A stretch of DNA of 64,000 bases from Bacillota bacterium (GTDB taxonomy: Bacteria > Bacillota > PH28-bin88). The position numbers and the translations under genes were made by a program. The stretch lies in contig JBFLXH010000002.1 in assembly GCA_040757295.1 (NCBI GenBank), forward strand, positions 49,579-113,578. The letters run 5' to 3'. The number at the start of each line of letters is the position of its first letter. Position 1 is the first letter of the stretch. Under the pieces are notes generated by a model that was not told where the DNA came from, ran no database searches, and saw nothing but the letters and a program-made list of their open reading frames with translations. Positions 1-12,835 of the stretch are shown piece by piece.

Positions 1-987
1 GAACTGGTTGAAAGTGTACACGTTACTACCTATGAGTTTGAACACATCGACAGCCTTGCCCTGATCCGTTTAGAGGATGAAGGCAGGCAGGTTTTCCCCG
101 CACCCCGCGTCTTGAAGGTTATACAAAATAAATTTACCCAGAAAAGCACTCTTCTTGCTGCCGGTATCCCGGTACCAGAATTTCGAAAAGTATCTACGGC
201 CAGTGATATTGAAAGAGCAGCGAAAGATTTGGGATATCCCCTCCTGCTGAAGGCCTGTACCGGTGGCTATGACGGTAAAGGAAACTACCTGCTGACAGGT
301 GAACAGGAGATAGAACAAGCCCTTTCGGTTTTGCGCTGTCCGCAATTAATTGTCGAAGCCTATGTTCCCTTTGTTTTGGAAGTTTCCATGATCGTTGCCC
401 GGGGTAGAGATAATCGGATTAAGAGCTATCCGTTAGTTGAAAATATTCATCAGGAGAATATTCTTAGGACCACCATCGTGCCTGCCAGGGTTAGCGGTGG
501 AGCTGCTGACAAGGCCCGGCGGATTGCCGAGGAGGTGGTGAGAGTGTTTGAAGGCATTGGTGTATTCTGCGTTGAGATGTTTATTACCGGGGAGGGTGAA
601 GTGCTGGTCAACGAGGTGGCCCCTAGGCCCCACAACTCCGGCCACTACACCATTGAGGCCTGTGTAACCTCCCAGTTTGCCCAGCATATTCGAGCAATCA
701 GCGGCTTGCCCCTTGGTGATACCCGTCTGTTGAGCCCGGCAGTAATGGTCAACCTGCTGGGAGCCGAGGACTGCCACGGGCCGGCAGTTTTGACAGGGTT
801 GCAAAAAGCTTTGGCCTTGCCTGGAGTGCAGGTACACCTCTACGGCAAAAAAACTACGGCCCCTAAACGCAAGATGGGCCATTTAACCGTGGTTGCCCCT
901 GAGCTGCCCAAAGCTCTCGAAATAGCCGCGGAAGCAGCAAGCTTCTTACATGTAGTTTCCGATCTGGAAGGAGGTAAGACCTTATGA
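1..987 (+). CDS. purK: N5-CAIR synthase (ATP-grasp), 5'-truncated by the window edge
   Basis: Frame open from base 1 (..TTYEFEH..); motifs [28 protein letters not shown]; directly upstream of purE. Confidence 0.95.
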   Translation, partial: ELVESVHVTTYEFEHIDSLALIRLEDEGRQVFPAPRVLKVIQNKFTQKSTLLAAGIPVPEFRKVSTASDIERAAKDLGYPLLLKACTGGYDGKGNYLLTGEQEIEQALSVLRCPQLIVEAYVPFVLEVSMIVARGRDNRIKSYPLVENIHQENILRTTIVPARVSGGAADKARRIAEEVVRVFEGIGVFCVEMFITGEGEVLVNEVAPRPHNSGHYTIEACVTSQFAQHIRAISGLPLGDTRLLSPAVMVNLLGAEDCHGPAVLTGLQKALALPGVQVHLYGKKTTAPKRKMGHLTVVAPELPKALEIAAEAASFLHVVSDLEGGKTL

Positions 988-1520
988 ACCCACAAGTTGG
1001 GATAATCATGGGCAGTGATTCTGACTTGAAAGTAATGCAGGGAGCGGCAGTTGTCTTAGAACGGTTTGAAGTATCTTTCGAACTCACTGTTGTCTCAGCT
1101 CACCGTACTCCCCAGCGCCTTTACGAATATGCCGCTTCTGCGGCCAGCCGGGGTTTGAAAGTTGTAATCGCCGGGGCAGGGGGCGCAGCCCATCTGCCGG
1201 GGATGGTTGCTTCCCTGACTGAACTCCCGGTAATCGGTATCCCGGTCCAGTCGGCAGCGATGAGCGGGCTTGATTCCCTCTACTCAATTGTCCAAATGCC
1301 TCCGGGAGTACCGGTGGCAACAGTGGCCATCAACGGCGCCCAAAATGCGGGTCTCTTGGCCGTCCAAATCCTTGGAGTGAGGAACCCGGAACTGATGGCC
1401 AGGATGCGGCAGTATAAAGAAGAACTTAAGGCTATGGTAGAAAGAAAAGCACTTTCGCTGGAAGAAAGAGGCTATGCGGCTTACCTTAAATCCATGGAGG
1501 GAGTTGCCAGGAATGATTGA
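984..1520 (+). CDS. purE: N5-CAIR mutase
   Basis: [40 protein letters not shown]. Confidence 0.97.
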   Translation: MNPQVGIIMGSDSDLKVMQGAAVVLERFEVSFELTVVSAHRTPQRLYEYAASAASRGLKVVIAGAGGAAHLPGMVASLTELPVIGIPVQSAAMSGLDSLYSIVQMPPGVPVATVAINGAQNAGLLAVQILGVRNPELMARMRQYKEELKAMVERKALSLEERGYAAYLKSMEGVARND

Positions 1521-2805
1521 ACGTTACACGCTGCCGGAAATGGCAGCCGTATGGGATTTGGAAAACAAGTTTCGAAAGTGGCTGGATATTGAGATTTTTG
1601 CCTGCGAAGCATGGGCCGAATTAGGGGTTATCCCTCATTCTGCCGTAGAAGTTATCAGGCAAAAGGCCGTGTTTTCAGTGGAAAGGATCTGTGCAATCGA
1701 GGCGGAGACCCGGCATGATGTGGTGGCTTTTACCCGGTGTATTGCGGAAAATCTAGGAGAAGAATCCCGCTACATCCACTACGGCCTCACTTCTTCCGAC
1801 GTTGTTGATACGGCCCTTTCGGCCTTAATGGTTGAGGCCATGGACTTGATTGCAGTCGAAGCTCAGCAATTGACTGCAGAGTTGAAAAAAAGGGCCCTCG
1901 AATATAAGTACACCCCAATTATGGGCAGGACCCACGGGGTCCATGCTGAGCCGACCACTTTTGGTTTGAAGCTCGCCCTTTATGTCGCCGAGATGGACCG
2001 AAACCTGGCCAGATTGAAGCGGGCCCGGAATACTATCGCTGTAGGAAAGCTGTCTGGAGCAGTCGGCACTTACGCCAACCTTCCTCCAGCGGTGGAAAGG
2101 TATGTCTGCCAAAAGCTTGGTTTAGAACCGGCAGCTATTTCTACCCAAATCTTGCAGCGTGACCGTCATGCGGAGTACTTGACGGCTATCGCAATTACGG
2201 GCGGAACCTTAGACAAACTGGCAACGGAAATCCGCGGACTGCAAAAGACTGAAACAAGAGAGGTAGAGGAGCCTTTTTATGCCGGACAAAAAGGGTCCTC
2301 TGCTATGCCTCATAAACGAAATCCGGTGAACTGCGAGCAGATATCGGGCCTGGCTAGGGTATTGAGGGCAAATGCCATGGCTGCCCTGGAAAATATGCCT
2401 TTATGGCATGAACGGGATATTTCCCACTCATCGGTGGAGAGGATCATTATCCCAGACAGCACTACCCTATTGCATTACATGCTGCGCAGCATGACCCGGA
2501 TTATTGCCCACCTTCATGTCTATCCTGAGAACATGGCCCGGAACATGGAAAAAACCCTTGGCCTAACCTGTTCCCAGCGGGTTCTCTTAACCTTGATTGA
2601 CAAAGGAATCACCAGGGAGGAGGCTTACGACCTGGTCCAAGCCCAAGCAATGCGGGCCTGGCAGGAGCAGGTTCCCCTTCGCCAACTGCTGGAAGCAGAG
2701 CCAAAAGTCGGGCAGTATCTTAAACCGGAAGAACTGGCAGCCTGCTTTGACCTTTCACCTCATTTAAAATGGGTTGATGAGATTTTCGCCAGGTTAGGCA
2801 TTTGA
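1513..2805 (+). CDS. purB: Adenylosuccinate lyase
   Basis: MIERY start after GGAGG; [11 protein letters not shown]; fumarase-family signature [11 protein letters not shown]. Confidence 0.97.
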   Translation: MIERYTLPEMAAVWDLENKFRKWLDIEIFACEAWAELGVIPHSAVEVIRQKAVFSVERICAIEAETRHDVVAFTRCIAENLGEESRYIHYGLTSSDVVDTALSALMVEAMDLIAVEAQQLTAELKKRALEYKYTPIMGRTHGVHAEPTTFGLKLALYVAEMDRNLARLKRARNTIAVGKLSGAVGTYANLPPAVERYVCQKLGLEPAAISTQILQRDRHAEYLTAIAITGGTLDKLATEIRGLQKTETREVEEPFYAGQKGSSAMPHKRNPVNCEQISGLARVLRANAMAALENMPLWHERDISHSSVERIIIPDSTTLLHYMLRSMTRIIAHLHVYPENMARNMEKTLGLTCSQRVLLTLIDKGITREEAYDLVQAQAMRAWQEQVPLRQLLEAEPKVGQYLKPEELAACFDLSPHLKWVDEIFARLGI

Positions 2806-2822
2806 GATTGGGAGGTAAGGAC

Positions 2823-3536
2823 ATGGAAAAAATGGAAATGCTCTACGAGGGCAAGGCCAAAAAGGTTTTTAAGACCTCGAATCCGGAACTGGTGCTGGTG
2901 GAATTTAAAAACGATGCAACCGCTTTTAACGGCCAGAAAAAAGGACAAATTACCGGCAAGGGAATTTGCAACAACAAGATTTCTTCCATCTTATTTCAGC
3001 TCTTGGAACAAAACGGCATATCAACCCATTTTGTCCGCCAGGTATCCGAAACTGAAATGCTGGTGCGGAAGCTGGAAATCATCCAGGTGGAAGTGGTGGT
3101 GCGCAACCTGGCAGCAGGTACCCTGGTAAAGCGGATAGGGTTAACCGAGGGCCAGGAGCTAGAGCCGCCGGTACTGGAGTTTTACTACAAAAATGATGCT
3201 TTGGGAGATCCCTTAATTAATAATGACCATGTTTTTGTTTTAGGCTTGACAAAACCGGAGCAACTGGCTCTTATGTCAAAGATCGCCCACCAGGTTAACC
3301 GGTTGCTGCAGGAGTTTTTCTTGGAACGAGACCTCCTCTTGGTTGATTTTAAACTGGAATTCGGCATGGCTGGACAGGAGCTCTTGCTTGGTGATGAAAT
3401 ATCGCCGGATACCTGTCGCTTGTGGGACCGGGCAACAAGAAAGAAGCTTGATAAGGACCGCTTCCGCCAGGATCTGGGGGAAGTGGCTGAGGCCTACCAG
3501 GAAGTACTGCGCCGGCTGACAAACAAAACAAACTAA
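2823..3536 (+). CDS. purC: SAICAR synthetase
   Basis: LYEGKAK, DFKLEFG, DEISPDTCRLWD, DKDRFR. Confidence 0.97.
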   Translation: MEKMEMLYEGKAKKVFKTSNPELVLVEFKNDATAFNGQKKGQITGKGICNNKISSILFQLLEQNGISTHFVRQVSETEMLVRKLEIIQVEVVVRNLAAGTLVKRIGLTEGQELEPPVLEFYYKNDALGDPLINNDHVFVLGLTKPEQLALMSKIAHQVNRLLQEFFLERDLLLVDFKLEFGMAGQELLLGDEISPDTCRLWDRATRKKLDKDRFRQDLGEVAEAYQEVLRRLTNKTN

Positions 3537-3557
3537 GCTAGAAAGGCGGTTATCCAA

Positions 3558-3812
3558 GTGTATCTTGCTAAAGTTTTTATTACCTTAAAACCCGGGGTAT
3601 TGGATCCCCAGGGGTCAGCAGTGGAAAAAGCCCTCCAGGCCTTGGATTTTGCAGGGGTGCAGGAAGTCCGCATCGGGAAATACATGGAAGTGCGCCTGGC
3701 AGCCAGTGACAGAAGGCAGGCGGAGGCGGATGTGCAGGAGATGTGCCGCCGCTTGCTGGCTAACCCGGTAATCGAAAACTACCGCTTTGAGTTGGTGGAG
3801 GTATCAGCATGA
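3558..3812 (+). CDS. purS: FGAM synthase subunit PurS
   Basis: [18 protein letters not shown]; position between purC and purQ. Confidence 0.95.
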   Translation: MYLAKVFITLKPGVLDPQGSAVEKALQALDFAGVQEVRIGKYMEVRLAASDRRQAEADVQEMCRRLLANPVIENYRFELVEVSA

Positions 3813-4561
3813 AATTCGGTGTGGTGGTTTTTCCCGGTTCCAATTGTGATGCCGATGTCAAGCATGTCATCGGCGAGGTTATGGGGCAACCTGTAGATTT
3901 TATCTGGCACCAATCAACTTCCCTGCAAGGTTATGATTGCATCGTGCTTCCCGGCGGCTTTTCCTACGGGGACTACCTGCGTACCGGCGCTATTGCCAGG
4001 TTCTCTCCGGTAATGCAGGCGGTTGAGGGGTTCGCCAAGAGGGGTGGGTTGGTGTTAGGCATCTGCAATGGCTTCCAAATTCTTCTGGAAGCAGGCTTGC
4101 TGCCGGGGGCTATGCAGCCAAATCATGTCCTCCAGTTTAGATGCATGGAAACCTATCTAAAAGTAGAAAACAATCAGACTCCTTTCACCAACGCTTGTGC
4201 ACCCGGGCAGGTGATCAAAGTACCAATTGCTCATGGAGCCGGGAATTATTATGCGGACCCTGCCACCCTGGCCGCTCTGGAAGATGGGCAGCAGATTGTT
4301 TTCCGCTACTGCGACCGGGATGGAGAGGTTACTCCAGCAGCCAATCCCAATGGGTCTCTGGGTAATATTGCCGGGATCATTAATCGGGAAGGAAATGTGC
4401 TGGGGATGATGCCTCACCCGGAACGGTGTGCTGAGGAGATCCTTGGCGGGATTGACGGAAGGCTTATTTTTTCCTCTATTCTAAAGGCGTGGTCAGGTTG
4501 TGGCGGGTGCGCCTGCGGCAAATCCTGCGGCTGCCGGGAAGAAAGGAGTGTCAAAAGTTGA
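3809..4561 (+). CDS. purQ: FGAM synthase glutaminase subunit, with Cys-rich C-terminal tail
   Basis: [33 protein letters not shown]. Confidence 0.96.
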   Translation: MKFGVVVFPGSNCDADVKHVIGEVMGQPVDFIWHQSTSLQGYDCIVLPGGFSYGDYLRTGAIARFSPVMQAVEGFAKRGGLVLGICNGFQILLEAGLLPGAMQPNHVLQFRCMETYLKVENNQTPFTNACAPGQVIKVPIAHGAGNYYADPATLAALEDGQQIVFRYCDRDGEVTPAANPNGSLGNIAGIINREGNVLGMMPHPERCAEEILGGIDGRLIFSSILKAWSGCGGCACGKSCGCREERSVKS

Positions 4562-6774
4562 CTAACCAAGAGCGAGAAGCCTGGCAGAAAATGGGACTCA
4601 CCCTGGCGGAGTATCGGAAAATTAAAGAGCTCCTCGGCAGGGAACCAAACTACCTGGAAACCGGCATGTTTGCGGTAATGTGGTCAGAACACTGCAGTTA
4701 TAAGCATTCCAAAACAACCTTAAGACTTTTTCCCACTTCGGGGCCCAGGGTGATCCAGGGACCTGGAGAAAATGCGGGAGTAGTAGATATTGGAGACGGG
4801 CAGGCAGTAGTATTCAAGATAGAGTCCCATAACCATCCTTCTGCCATTGAGCCCTTCCAGGGAGCTGCCACTGGGGTAGGAGGCATCGTTAGGGATGTCT
4901 TTGCCATGGGGGCCCGGCCGGTTGCCTTGTTAAATTCCCTCCGCTTTGGCAATTTAAAGGACCGTAGGGTAAAGTACCTGATGGGGGGAGTTGTCTCGGG
5001 AATTTCCTTTTACGGCAACTGCCTGGGCATTCCTACCGTTGGGGGAGAGGTATTTTTTGATGAGAGTTACGGCGGTAACCCCCTGGTTAACGCCATGTGC
5101 GTAGGAATTATAAAAAAGGATCAGGTTGCCAAGGGTGTTGCTGCCGGTGTGGGCAACACCGTCATGGTGGTAGGAGCCCGCACGGGTAGGGACGGTATTC
5201 ACGGCGCCACTTTTGCCTCGGAAGAACTGGGGGAGCAATCGGAAGATCGCCGGCCTGCCGTCCAGGTGGGAGACCCCTTTATGGAAAAACTCTTGCTGGA
5301 GGCCTGCCTGGAGTTGATTGACCAGGGGTTGATTGTGGGCATGCAGGATCTGGGCGCCGCTGGTTTGACTAGTTCTTCCTGTGAAATGGCCAGCCGGGCC
5401 GGAACAGGGATTGAACTGGATGTTTCTCTGGTTCCCCGGCGGGAAGAGGGAATGACGGCTTATGAGGTGATGCTTTCTGAATCCCAGGAGCGGATGCTCT
5501 TGGTGCCGAAGCCTGGCTCCGAACAACAAGTCAGGGATGTTTTACGGAAATGGAACCTGGAAGCGGCAGTAATTGGCAAGGTAACCGGGGACGGGCTGAT
5601 GCGGATTCTGGATAACGGCCAAGTCATGGCTGAAGTCCCGGCCAAGGCCTTAACCGATCATGCTCCCGTTTACCATCCGGTCATGGAAGAGCCGTCCTAT
5701 GTCAGCGAAGCTTTGGCCTTTGATGTGGCCTCTGTCCCGGTACCGGAGGATCTGAACCAGTCCCTGTTGCAGCTGTTGGCTTCCCCTACTATAGCCAGCA
5801 AAGAATGGGTTTATCGCCAGTATGACTATAAAGTTCAAGTAAATACAGTGGTAGTGCCAGGTTCCGATGCGGCTGTCCTGCGGCTGAAAGGCACCTCCAA
5901 GGGATTGGCAGTCACCACCGACTGCAACGGGCGTTATTGTTACCTTGACCCGTATACAGGTGGGGCTATCGCTGTGGCAGAGGCGGCGCGGAACCTAGTC
6001 TGCAGCGGCGCTGAACCCTTGGCCGTTACAGACTGCCTGAATTTTGGCAATCCTGAAAAGCCAGGGATCTTTTGGCAGTTCCGCCGGGCGGTAGAGGGGA
6101 TGAGTGAGGCCTGCCGGGTCTTGTCAACACCTGTCGTAAGCGGGAATGTGAGTTTTTACAACGAAACCAACGGCGAACCTGTCTTTCCTACTCCAGTAGT
6201 AGGGATGGTGGGACTGTTGCCGGAAATCTCCAAGCGCTGCACAATGGATTTTAAACAAGCGGGAGATGTGGTTGTGCTCCTGGGCGAAACCAAAGAGGAA
6301 ATTGGCGGCAGCGAGTTTTTGTATGCCTTGTACGGTATCACCGCCGGAAAACCGCCCCAGTTGGATTTAGAGCGGGAGAAGGCTGTGCAGTCCTGCTGCC
6401 TGGAGGCCATCTGGCAGGGGTTGATTAAATCAGCCCATGACTTAAGCGATGGGGGATTAGCTATTGCCCTGGCCGAATGCGCGGTGGCTGGGGGAGTGGG
6501 GGCAGAAATAAATGTAGAGACCGGGTTGGCGGATCACATGTTCCTGTTTAGCGAATCCCAATCCCGGATTATCTTGTCACTGGATTCCGCTTCTTTTAAA
6601 CCCCTTGCAGAACTGGCGGCAAGACACCAGGTTCCCTGCCAGGTGATTGGAGTTGTTGGCGGCGAACGGCTGGTTATTAAGGCCCAGAATAGAGAAGCGA
6701 AGGTATTAATTGATTTGTCCCTGAAGGAAATGGAGGATAAATGGCGGGGGGCGATTCCATGCTTAATGGCCTAG
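4558..6774 (+). CDS. purL: FGAM synthase large subunit (small-type PurL)
   Basis: TTG start after GAAAGGAG, overlapping the purQ stop; [32 protein letters not shown]. Confidence 0.96.
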   Translation: MTNQEREAWQKMGLTLAEYRKIKELLGREPNYLETGMFAVMWSEHCSYKHSKTTLRLFPTSGPRVIQGPGENAGVVDIGDGQAVVFKIESHNHPSAIEPFQGAATGVGGIVRDVFAMGARPVALLNSLRFGNLKDRRVKYLMGGVVSGISFYGNCLGIPTVGGEVFFDESYGGNPLVNAMCVGIIKKDQVAKGVAAGVGNTVMVVGARTGRDGIHGATFASEELGEQSEDRRPAVQVGDPFMEKLLLEACLELIDQGLIVGMQDLGAAGLTSSSCEMASRAGTGIELDVSLVPRREEGMTAYEVMLSESQERMLLVPKPGSEQQVRDVLRKWNLEAAVIGKVTGDGLMRILDNGQVMAEVPAKALTDHAPVYHPVMEEPSYVSEALAFDVASVPVPEDLNQSLLQLLASPTIASKEWVYRQYDYKVQVNTVVVPGSDAAVLRLKGTSKGLAVTTDCNGRYCYLDPYTGGAIAVAEAARNLVCSGAEPLAVTDCLNFGNPEKPGIFWQFRRAVEGMSEACRVLSTPVVSGNVSFYNETNGEPVFPTPVVGMVGLLPEISKRCTMDFKQAGDVVVLLGETKEEIGGSEFLYALYGITAGKPPQLDLEREKAVQSCCLEAIWQGLIKSAHDLSDGGLAIALAECAVAGGVGAEINVETGLADHMFLFSESQSRIILSLDSASFKPLAELAARHQVPCQVIGVVGGERLVIKAQNREAKVLIDLSLKEMEDKWRGAIPCLMA

Positions 6775-8207
6775 AAGAACAATCATGGCTTTTGGATGAT
6801 AAACCCCGGGAAGAATGCGGCGTTTTCGGCATCTTCGGACCTGGAATGGATGCAGCTCAGCTGTCCTACTTCGGCCTCTATGCCTTGCAGCACCGGGGGC
6901 AGGAGAGCGCGGGCATTGCGGTTTCGGATGGCAGGGAGGTCCACCTGCATAAGAACATGGGCCTTGTCGCCGAAGTTTTTAATGAAGATAACCTGAGAAC
7001 CCTGCAGGGAGGTATCGCCATCGGCCATGTGCGCTATTCCACTACTGGCTCAAGTTCCCTGGTCAATGCCCAACCCTTGGTGTTTCGCTATTTGCGAGGA
7101 ACGGTTGCTTTGGCCCATAACGGGAACCTGACCAATGCCGCAGAGCTAAGACAAAACCTGGCGATAAACGGTTCTGTGTTTCAATCGACTTCCGACAGCG
7201 AAGTAATCATTAATTTAATTGCCCGTTATGGCCAAAACCCCATTGAGGAAGCCGTCATGAAGTGCATGATCGACCTTAAAGGAGCTTATTCCCTGGTGGT
7301 GATGACCGAAGATAAACTCTTGGCTGTTAGAGACCCCTACGGTATTCGGCCTTTATGCCTGGGTAAGCTGGGTGAAGCCTATGTGGTGGCTTCCGAATCC
7401 TGCGCCCTTGATACAATTGGCGCAGAATTTCTGCGGGATGTAAATCCCGGGGAAATTGTGATGATTGATAAAAACGGGCTTAACTCCATAAAAACCATGG
7501 CAGCTTCTCACCGTGCCCTGTGCTTTTTTGAGTTTGTTTATTTAGCGCGCCCCGACAGCACTATTGATGGGGAAACTGTTACGGCAGTCCGCCGGGAAAT
7601 GGGGAGGCAGTTGGCCAGGGAATATCCGCTAGAGGCTGACATGGTGGTGCCGGTACCTGACTCAGGCACTGCCGCGGCAGTTGGCTATGCGGAGGAATCA
7701 GGCATTCCCTTCAAAGAAGGCTTAATGAAAAATCGCTATATCGGCAGGACTTTTATTCAACCCTCCCAAAAGGTGCGGGATTTGGGGGTGCGATTGAAAC
7801 TTAATCCCATTCGGCAGGTTTTAAGGGGCCAGCGGGTGGTGTTGGTAGACGACTCTATTGTCAGGGGTACCACCAGTAAAAAAATAGTGGCCATGATGCG
7901 GGATGCCGGGGTCAAAGAGGTGCACCTCCTGGTCAGCTCCCCGCCGGTAAAACACCCTTGCTACTATGGCATAGACACTTCGGCCAGGGCCGAACTGATT
8001 GCAGCCCAGCACGAACTGGATGATATCGCCAGGTTTATTGGCGCTGATTCCCTTCATTATTTGAGCCTGGAGGGAATGTTAAGAAGCGCTGCCCAAGAGC
8101 CGACAAATTTCTGTGTAGCTTGTTTTAGCGGCCAGTACCCCATTGAAGTGCCGCCCAAAGGCCGTGACAGCAAACTGGCCCTGGAAAGAGGTGGCCTCTG
8201 TGACTAA
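6759..8207 (+). CDS. purF: Amidophosphoribosyltransferase (propeptide, Fe-S type)
   Basis: EEC/GVFG processing site, [31 protein letters not shown]. Confidence 0.97.
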   Translation: MLNGLEEQSWLLDDKPREECGVFGIFGPGMDAAQLSYFGLYALQHRGQESAGIAVSDGREVHLHKNMGLVAEVFNEDNLRTLQGGIAIGHVRYSTTGSSSLVNAQPLVFRYLRGTVALAHNGNLTNAAELRQNLAINGSVFQSTSDSEVIINLIARYGQNPIEEAVMKCMIDLKGAYSLVVMTEDKLLAVRDPYGIRPLCLGKLGEAYVVASESCALDTIGAEFLRDVNPGEIVMIDKNGLNSIKTMAASHRALCFFEFVYLARPDSTIDGETVTAVRREMGRQLAREYPLEADMVVPVPDSGTAAAVGYAEESGIPFKEGLMKNRYIGRTFIQPSQKVRDLGVRLKLNPIRQVLRGQRVVLVDDSIVRGTTSKKIVAMMRDAGVKEVHLLVSSPPVKHPCYYGIDTSARAELIAAQHELDDIARFIGADSLHYLSLEGMLRSAAQEPTNFCVACFSGQYPIEVPPKGRDSKLALERGGLCD

Positions 8208-9258
8208 GGGACAAGGAATAACTTACGCCCAGGCCGGAGTAGATATTAAGGCCGGCAACAGAGCGGTGGAATTGATGAAGGAAGCGGTCCATTCCACCCA
8301 CAGGCCGGGGGTATTAGGCGGCTTGGGGGGATTTGGCGGCCTGTTCGCCCTGGATACTGCCAAATACAGGGAACCTGTCCTGGTTTCAGGCACTGACGGA
8401 GTAGGGACCAAACTCCGGATTGCCATCGGGATGGACCGCCACGATACCATTGGCATTGATGCGGTGGCCATGTGCGTCAACGACATCCTGGTCCAGGGAG
8501 CAGAGCCGTTATTCTTCCTGGATTACCTAGCCGTTGGCAAGCTTGTGCCTGAGAAAGTAGCCGCCATTGTCAGCGGCGTCGCTGAGGGGTGCCGCCAGGC
8601 AGGATGCGCCCTGATTGGCGGCGAGACAGCTGAAATGCCAGGTTTTTACGGCCCGGATGAATACGATATTGCGGGCTTTGCCGTAGGTGTGGTTGAGAAG
8701 AAAAAAATAATCGACGGTTCCCGCATCCAAGAAGGGGACCTGTTGCTGGGCTTGGCCAGCAGCGGTCTGCATAGCAACGGCTTTTCCTTAGCCAGGAAGG
8801 TCCTGCTGGAAATGGCCGGCCTTACCCTGGAATCCGTTCCACCAGAGCTTGATGTATCCCTGGGAGAGACAATGCTAACGCCTACGAGGATTTATGTTTC
8901 CGCACTGCTGCCCCTTCTTGCCAAATATGAAATCAGGGGAATGGCTCATATTACCGGCGGAGGTTTGATTGAAAACATCCCCCGGATCCTGCCATCTGGG
9001 CTAGCAGTAAAAATTAATCTCTCCAGTTGGCCGGTGCCGCCGATTTTTCAGCTAATCCAAGAACTGGGACAGGTAGATATCCAGGAAATGTACCGTACAT
9101 TTAATATGGGTATTGGAATGGCGCTGGTTGTGCCTCCGGAACTGGCGGGTATGGTTCGTCAGGACCTGGAGGGGGTTGGGGAAAGGGTTTTTCAAGTTGG
9201 CTCAATAGTACGGGGGAATGGCGGTGTTGACCTCTGCCAATCCGGCAACCACGAATAA
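8200..9258 (+). CDS. purM: AIR synthase
   Basis: [46 protein letters not shown]. Confidence 0.97.
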   Translation: MTKGQGITYAQAGVDIKAGNRAVELMKEAVHSTHRPGVLGGLGGFGGLFALDTAKYREPVLVSGTDGVGTKLRIAIGMDRHDTIGIDAVAMCVNDILVQGAEPLFFLDYLAVGKLVPEKVAAIVSGVAEGCRQAGCALIGGETAEMPGFYGPDEYDIAGFAVGVVEKKKIIDGSRIQEGDLLLGLASSGLHSNGFSLARKVLLEMAGLTLESVPPELDVSLGETMLTPTRIYVSALLPLLAKYEIRGMAHITGGGLIENIPRILPSGLAVKINLSSWPVPPIFQLIQELGQVDIQEMYRTFNMGIGMALVVPPELAGMVRQDLEGVGERVFQVGSIVRGNGGVDLCQSGNHE

Positions 9259-9288
9259 AATGTTTTCCTCCCGCAGGGGGTGTGTGAT

Positions 9289-9888
9289 ATGCATATTGGA
9301 GTTCTGGCCTCCGGACGGGGGTCCAATTTACAGGCTATTATTGACGCTATAGAGGAGGGCCGTTTACACGTTACCCTCAGGGTGGTAATCAGTGACCGGG
9401 AGGACGCACCTGCTCTTGACAGAGCAAGGCAAGCGGGGGTTCCTGCCGTGTTTTTAAACCCAAAGGATTTCCCAGGTAGGATTGATTATGACTTAAAAGT
9501 TGCTGAAGTTCTTTCTGAAAATGGAGTAGATCTGGTAGTCCTGGCCGGCTACATGCGGTTAATTTCTGCCGAATTTTTAGCGAGATATCCCCAACGGGTG
9601 ATCAATATCCATCCCAGCCTGTTGCCGGCATTCCCTGGGCTTAACGCACAGGAACAGGCCCTAGCCTATGGTGTAAAATTCTCTGGCTGTACGGTCCATT
9701 TTGTTGATGTAGGTATGGATACCGGCCCGGTCATCGCCCAAGCGGTAGTACCGGTTTTGGACAATGACACAGAGGAGACTTTGTCGGAACGGATCTTACG
9801 GGAGGAACACAGGCTGTACCCCCAGGTGTTAGAATGGATTGCTGCCGGACGGGTCATAGTATCAGGCCGGCGGGTAATTGTTAAATAG
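9289..9888 (+). CDS. purN: GAR transformylase
   Basis: SGRGSNLQA, INIHPSLLP, GCTVHFVD..DTGP. Confidence 0.96.
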   Translation: MHIGVLASGRGSNLQAIIDAIEEGRLHVTLRVVISDREDAPALDRARQAGVPAVFLNPKDFPGRIDYDLKVAEVLSENGVDLVVLAGYMRLISAEFLARYPQRVINIHPSLLPAFPGLNAQEQALAYGVKFSGCTVHFVDVGMDTGPVIAQAVVPVLDNDTEETLSERILREEHRLYPQVLEWIAAGRVIVSGRRVIVK

Positions 9889-9930
9889 GCTTATTATTGT
9901 CTGTGGTGATAGGTGAGGAGGAATATAAAC

Positions 9931-11469
9931 TTGCTAAAGCGGGCCATTATCAGTGTCTCAGATAAAACAGGTGTTACGGATTTTGCTGGTAGGCTGGTTG
10001 AACTGGGCTACCAGATCGTGTCCACCGGAGGAACCTTTAAAGTTTTGCAAGGGGCAGGTCTCCCTGTTACTTACGTTACGGAAATAACCGGTTTTCCCGA
10101 AATACTTGATGGGCGGGTGAAGACCTTGCACCCAAAGGTGCATGGTGGCATTCTGGCCTGCCGGACGCCTGAACACCTTCTTCAGCTGCAGGATAACGGA
10201 ATCCAACCGGTTGACCTGGTGGTAGTTAATCTTTATCCCTTCAAAGAGACCATTGCCAAGCCTGGTGTAAGTTTGGAGGAAGCTATTGAGAACATTGACA
10301 TCGGCGGACCGGCGATGGTGCGGGCAGCTGCTAAAAACTATCGGTGGGTGGGAGTAGTTGTGAACCCGGCTCGTTATGGACAGGTGCTCCAGGACCTAGA
10401 AGCCAGCGGTTATTTAAGCTCCGAACTGCGGTTCAGCCTGGCAGTAGAAGCCTTTGCTCACACTGCGGCATATGACAGCGCTATATCCGGGTATTTGCAA
10501 TCTGTGTCAAGTCGCCAAGTGGATTTGTTCCCGGAAGCTTTTACTTTGTCGGGGGTTAAAGTGCAGGACCTGCGCTATGGGGAAAACCCCCACCAGCGGG
10601 CAGCTTTCTACCGGGAGGATCAGGCAGGACCGGGTACTCTGGCTATGGCGAAGCAGCTCCAGGGGAAAGAGCTCTCATTTAATAATATAGTTGATTTAGA
10701 TGCGGCCTGGTCTGTGGTCAGGGAGTTCACCCAGCCGGCTGCGGTAATTATTAAACACACCAACCCCTGCGGAGTAGCCCTTGCCGCAAGCCCCCAGGTC
10801 GCTTATCGCAAGGCTTTTCAGGCTGATCCCGTCTCAGCCTTTGGTGGGATTGTGGGTCTGAACAAGCCGGTAAACGCCGCTTGTGCGGCGGAATTAACCA
10901 AGATTTTTCTGGAAGCGGTGATTGCCCCTTCCTTTGAACCAGAGGCGTTAGTAATTCTTCGCAGCAAAGAAAACCTGCGGTTGTTAGCGGCGGGAGGAGG
11001 AGCGGCAGCCCCAAGTTTCGATATCAAAAAGGTCAGCGGCGGTTTTCTGGTCCAGGATGCGGATACCCAAACTGCTTTACTCAACCAATGGCGCGTGGTT
11101 ACCCGCCGGCATCCCGGCCCGGAAGAACTGAACGACCTGGCTTTTGCCTGGCAGGTGGTTAAACATGTGAAATCAAATGCCATTGTTGTTGCCAAAGAAA
11201 ACGTCTCCCTGGGTGTAGGCGCCGGACAAATGAACCGGGTTGGCTCTGCCCGGATCGCCTTAGAACAGGCAGGAGAGGCCGCCAAGGGCGCTGTACTGGC
11301 TTCTGATGCCTTCTTCCCATTTGCCGATACGGTGGAGGAGGCCGCGCGGGCGGGTATTACGGCCCTCATTCAGCCGGGAGGTTCCCTGCGGGACCAGGAG
11401 TCTATCGAGGCTTGTGACCGTTTGGGCATAGCCATGATATTTACGGGTTATCGCCACTTTAAACATTAA
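9931..11469 (+). CDS. purH: Bifunctional AICAR transformylase/IMP cyclohydrolase
   Basis: [49 protein letters not shown]. Confidence 0.97.
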   Translation: MLKRAIISVSDKTGVTDFAGRLVELGYQIVSTGGTFKVLQGAGLPVTYVTEITGFPEILDGRVKTLHPKVHGGILACRTPEHLLQLQDNGIQPVDLVVVNLYPFKETIAKPGVSLEEAIENIDIGGPAMVRAAAKNYRWVGVVVNPARYGQVLQDLEASGYLSSELRFSLAVEAFAHTAAYDSAISGYLQSVSSRQVDLFPEAFTLSGVKVQDLRYGENPHQRAAFYREDQAGPGTLAMAKQLQGKELSFNNIVDLDAAWSVVREFTQPAAVIIKHTNPCGVALAASPQVAYRKAFQADPVSAFGGIVGLNKPVNAACAAELTKIFLEAVIAPSFEPEALVILRSKENLRLLAAGGGAAAPSFDIKKVSGGFLVQDADTQTALLNQWRVVTRRHPGPEELNDLAFAWQVVKHVKSNAIVVAKENVSLGVGAGQMNRVGSARIALEQAGEAAKGAVLASDAFFPFADTVEEAARAGITALIQPGGSLRDQESIEACDRLGIAMIFTGYRHFKH

Positions 11470-11497
11470 GAACCCTTTTGCATTGGAGTTGGTGTGG

Positions 11498-12766
11498 ATG
11501 AAGATACTGGTTATTGGCGGAGGGGGCAGGGAACATGCCCTTGTCTGGAAATTAAGCCAGAGCCCCAAAGTAAGTAAGGTTTTTTGCGCCCCTGGAAATG
11601 CCGGCATAGCCCAATTGGCTGCCTGTGTTGATTTGGAAGCAGAAAACATTCCGGGTCTCTTGGCTTTTGCCCAGACTGAGAAAATAGATCTGACCGTAGT
11701 CGGCCCCGAAGGGCCGCTGGTCAAGGGTATTGTGGATGCCTTCCAGGCTGCGGGCCTAAAAATATTTGGCCCCACCCAAAAAGCCGCCGCTATTGAGGGC
11801 AGTAAGGCTTTTGCAAAAAACTTAATGGTGAAATACCGGATACCGACGGCCCGCTATGGGGTGTTTTCAGAGCCTAATGAAGCCAAAATATTTATCAGGG
11901 ATCATGGAGCTCCTTGCGTGGTGAAAGCAGACGGTTTGGCAGGAGGAAAAGGTGTAATTATAGCCATGGATGAAGCGACAGCCCTGGCAGCAGTAGATAC
12001 TATGATGGAGGAACGTTCCTTCGGCCAGGCCGGTGAACGGGTAGTGATCGAAGAATACCTGGAAGGGGAGGAAGTCAGCATTCTGGCTTTTACCGATGGC
12101 CAGACTGTTGTCCCCATGGTATCCGCCCAGGATCACAAACGGATTTTTGATTGTGATGCCGGCCCCAATACCGGCGGAATGGGCGCCTATTCCCCAGCCC
12201 CAGTTTTCACCCCGGAACTGCATCAACAGGTCTTAACGGAAATCCTGATTCCGACCATTCAGGGAATGGCAAGCGAAGGCAAACCCTACAAGGGAGTATT
12301 GTATGCTGGCCTGATGATTACAAAAGAGGGGCCAAAAGTTCTGGAATATAATGCCCGTTTTGGTGACCCGGAGACCCAGCCTATCTTGATGCGTTTGGAA
12401 ACTGATTTGGTGGACATTATGATGGCAGTGGTCGAAGAAAGACTTGCAGGCCAGGAAATCCGGTGGTTGCCTGACCCGGCTGTATGTGTAGTCCTTGCGG
12501 CCGGAGGATATCCGGGCAGCTACCGGAAAGGCGATATTATTGCAGGTCTTGAAGAGGTGCCGCCGGAAGTTTTGGTATTCCACGCCGGCACTGCTGAAAA
12601 GGATGGAAAAATTGTAACTGCCGGCGGCCGCGTCCTGGGCATCACAGCCAGGGGTAAAACTATTCCGCTTGCTATTCAAAAGGCCTATGATGGGGTGAAA
12701 AAGATCAACTTCCAGGGCATGCACTATCGTACTGATATTGGAAGGAAAGCCATGCTGCAAACCTAG
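11498..12766 (+). CDS. purD: Phosphoribosylamine-glycine ligase
   Basis: GGGGREHAL, KADGLAGGKG, QDHKR, GPNTGGMGAY, EYNARFGDPE. Confidence 0.97.
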   Translation: MKILVIGGGGREHALVWKLSQSPKVSKVFCAPGNAGIAQLAACVDLEAENIPGLLAFAQTEKIDLTVVGPEGPLVKGIVDAFQAAGLKIFGPTQKAAAIEGSKAFAKNLMVKYRIPTARYGVFSEPNEAKIFIRDHGAPCVVKADGLAGGKGVIIAMDEATALAAVDTMMEERSFGQAGERVVIEEYLEGEEVSILAFTDGQTVVPMVSAQDHKRIFDCDAGPNTGGMGAYSPAPVFTPELHQQVLTEILIPTIQGMASEGKPYKGVLYAGLMITKEGPKVLEYNARFGDPETQPILMRLETDLVDIMMAVVEERLAGQEIRWLPDPAVCVVLAAGGYPGSYRKGDIIAGLEEVPPEVLVFHAGTAEKDGKIVTAGGRVLGITARGKTIPLAIQKAYDGVKKINFQGMHYRTDIGRKAMLQT

Positions 12767-12777
12767 TAGTATTGTCA

Positions 12778-12811
12778 GCCGCGGACTTAAAGCTGCGGCA
12801 ATATTTTCTTT
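12778..12811 (+). terminator. Probable intrinsic terminator of the pur operon
   Basis: GCCGCGG-ACTTAAA-GCTGCGGC imperfect hairpin followed by a T-rich tract, just after the purD stop. Confidence 0.5.
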
Positions 12812-12835
12812 CCATGGATATGACGGGTACTGGAG

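Noticed and set aside
4559-4561. TGA ending the Cys-rich PurQ tail as possible Sec
   Set aside because: It overlaps the purL TTG start (TTGA coupling) and does not align with a Cys motif
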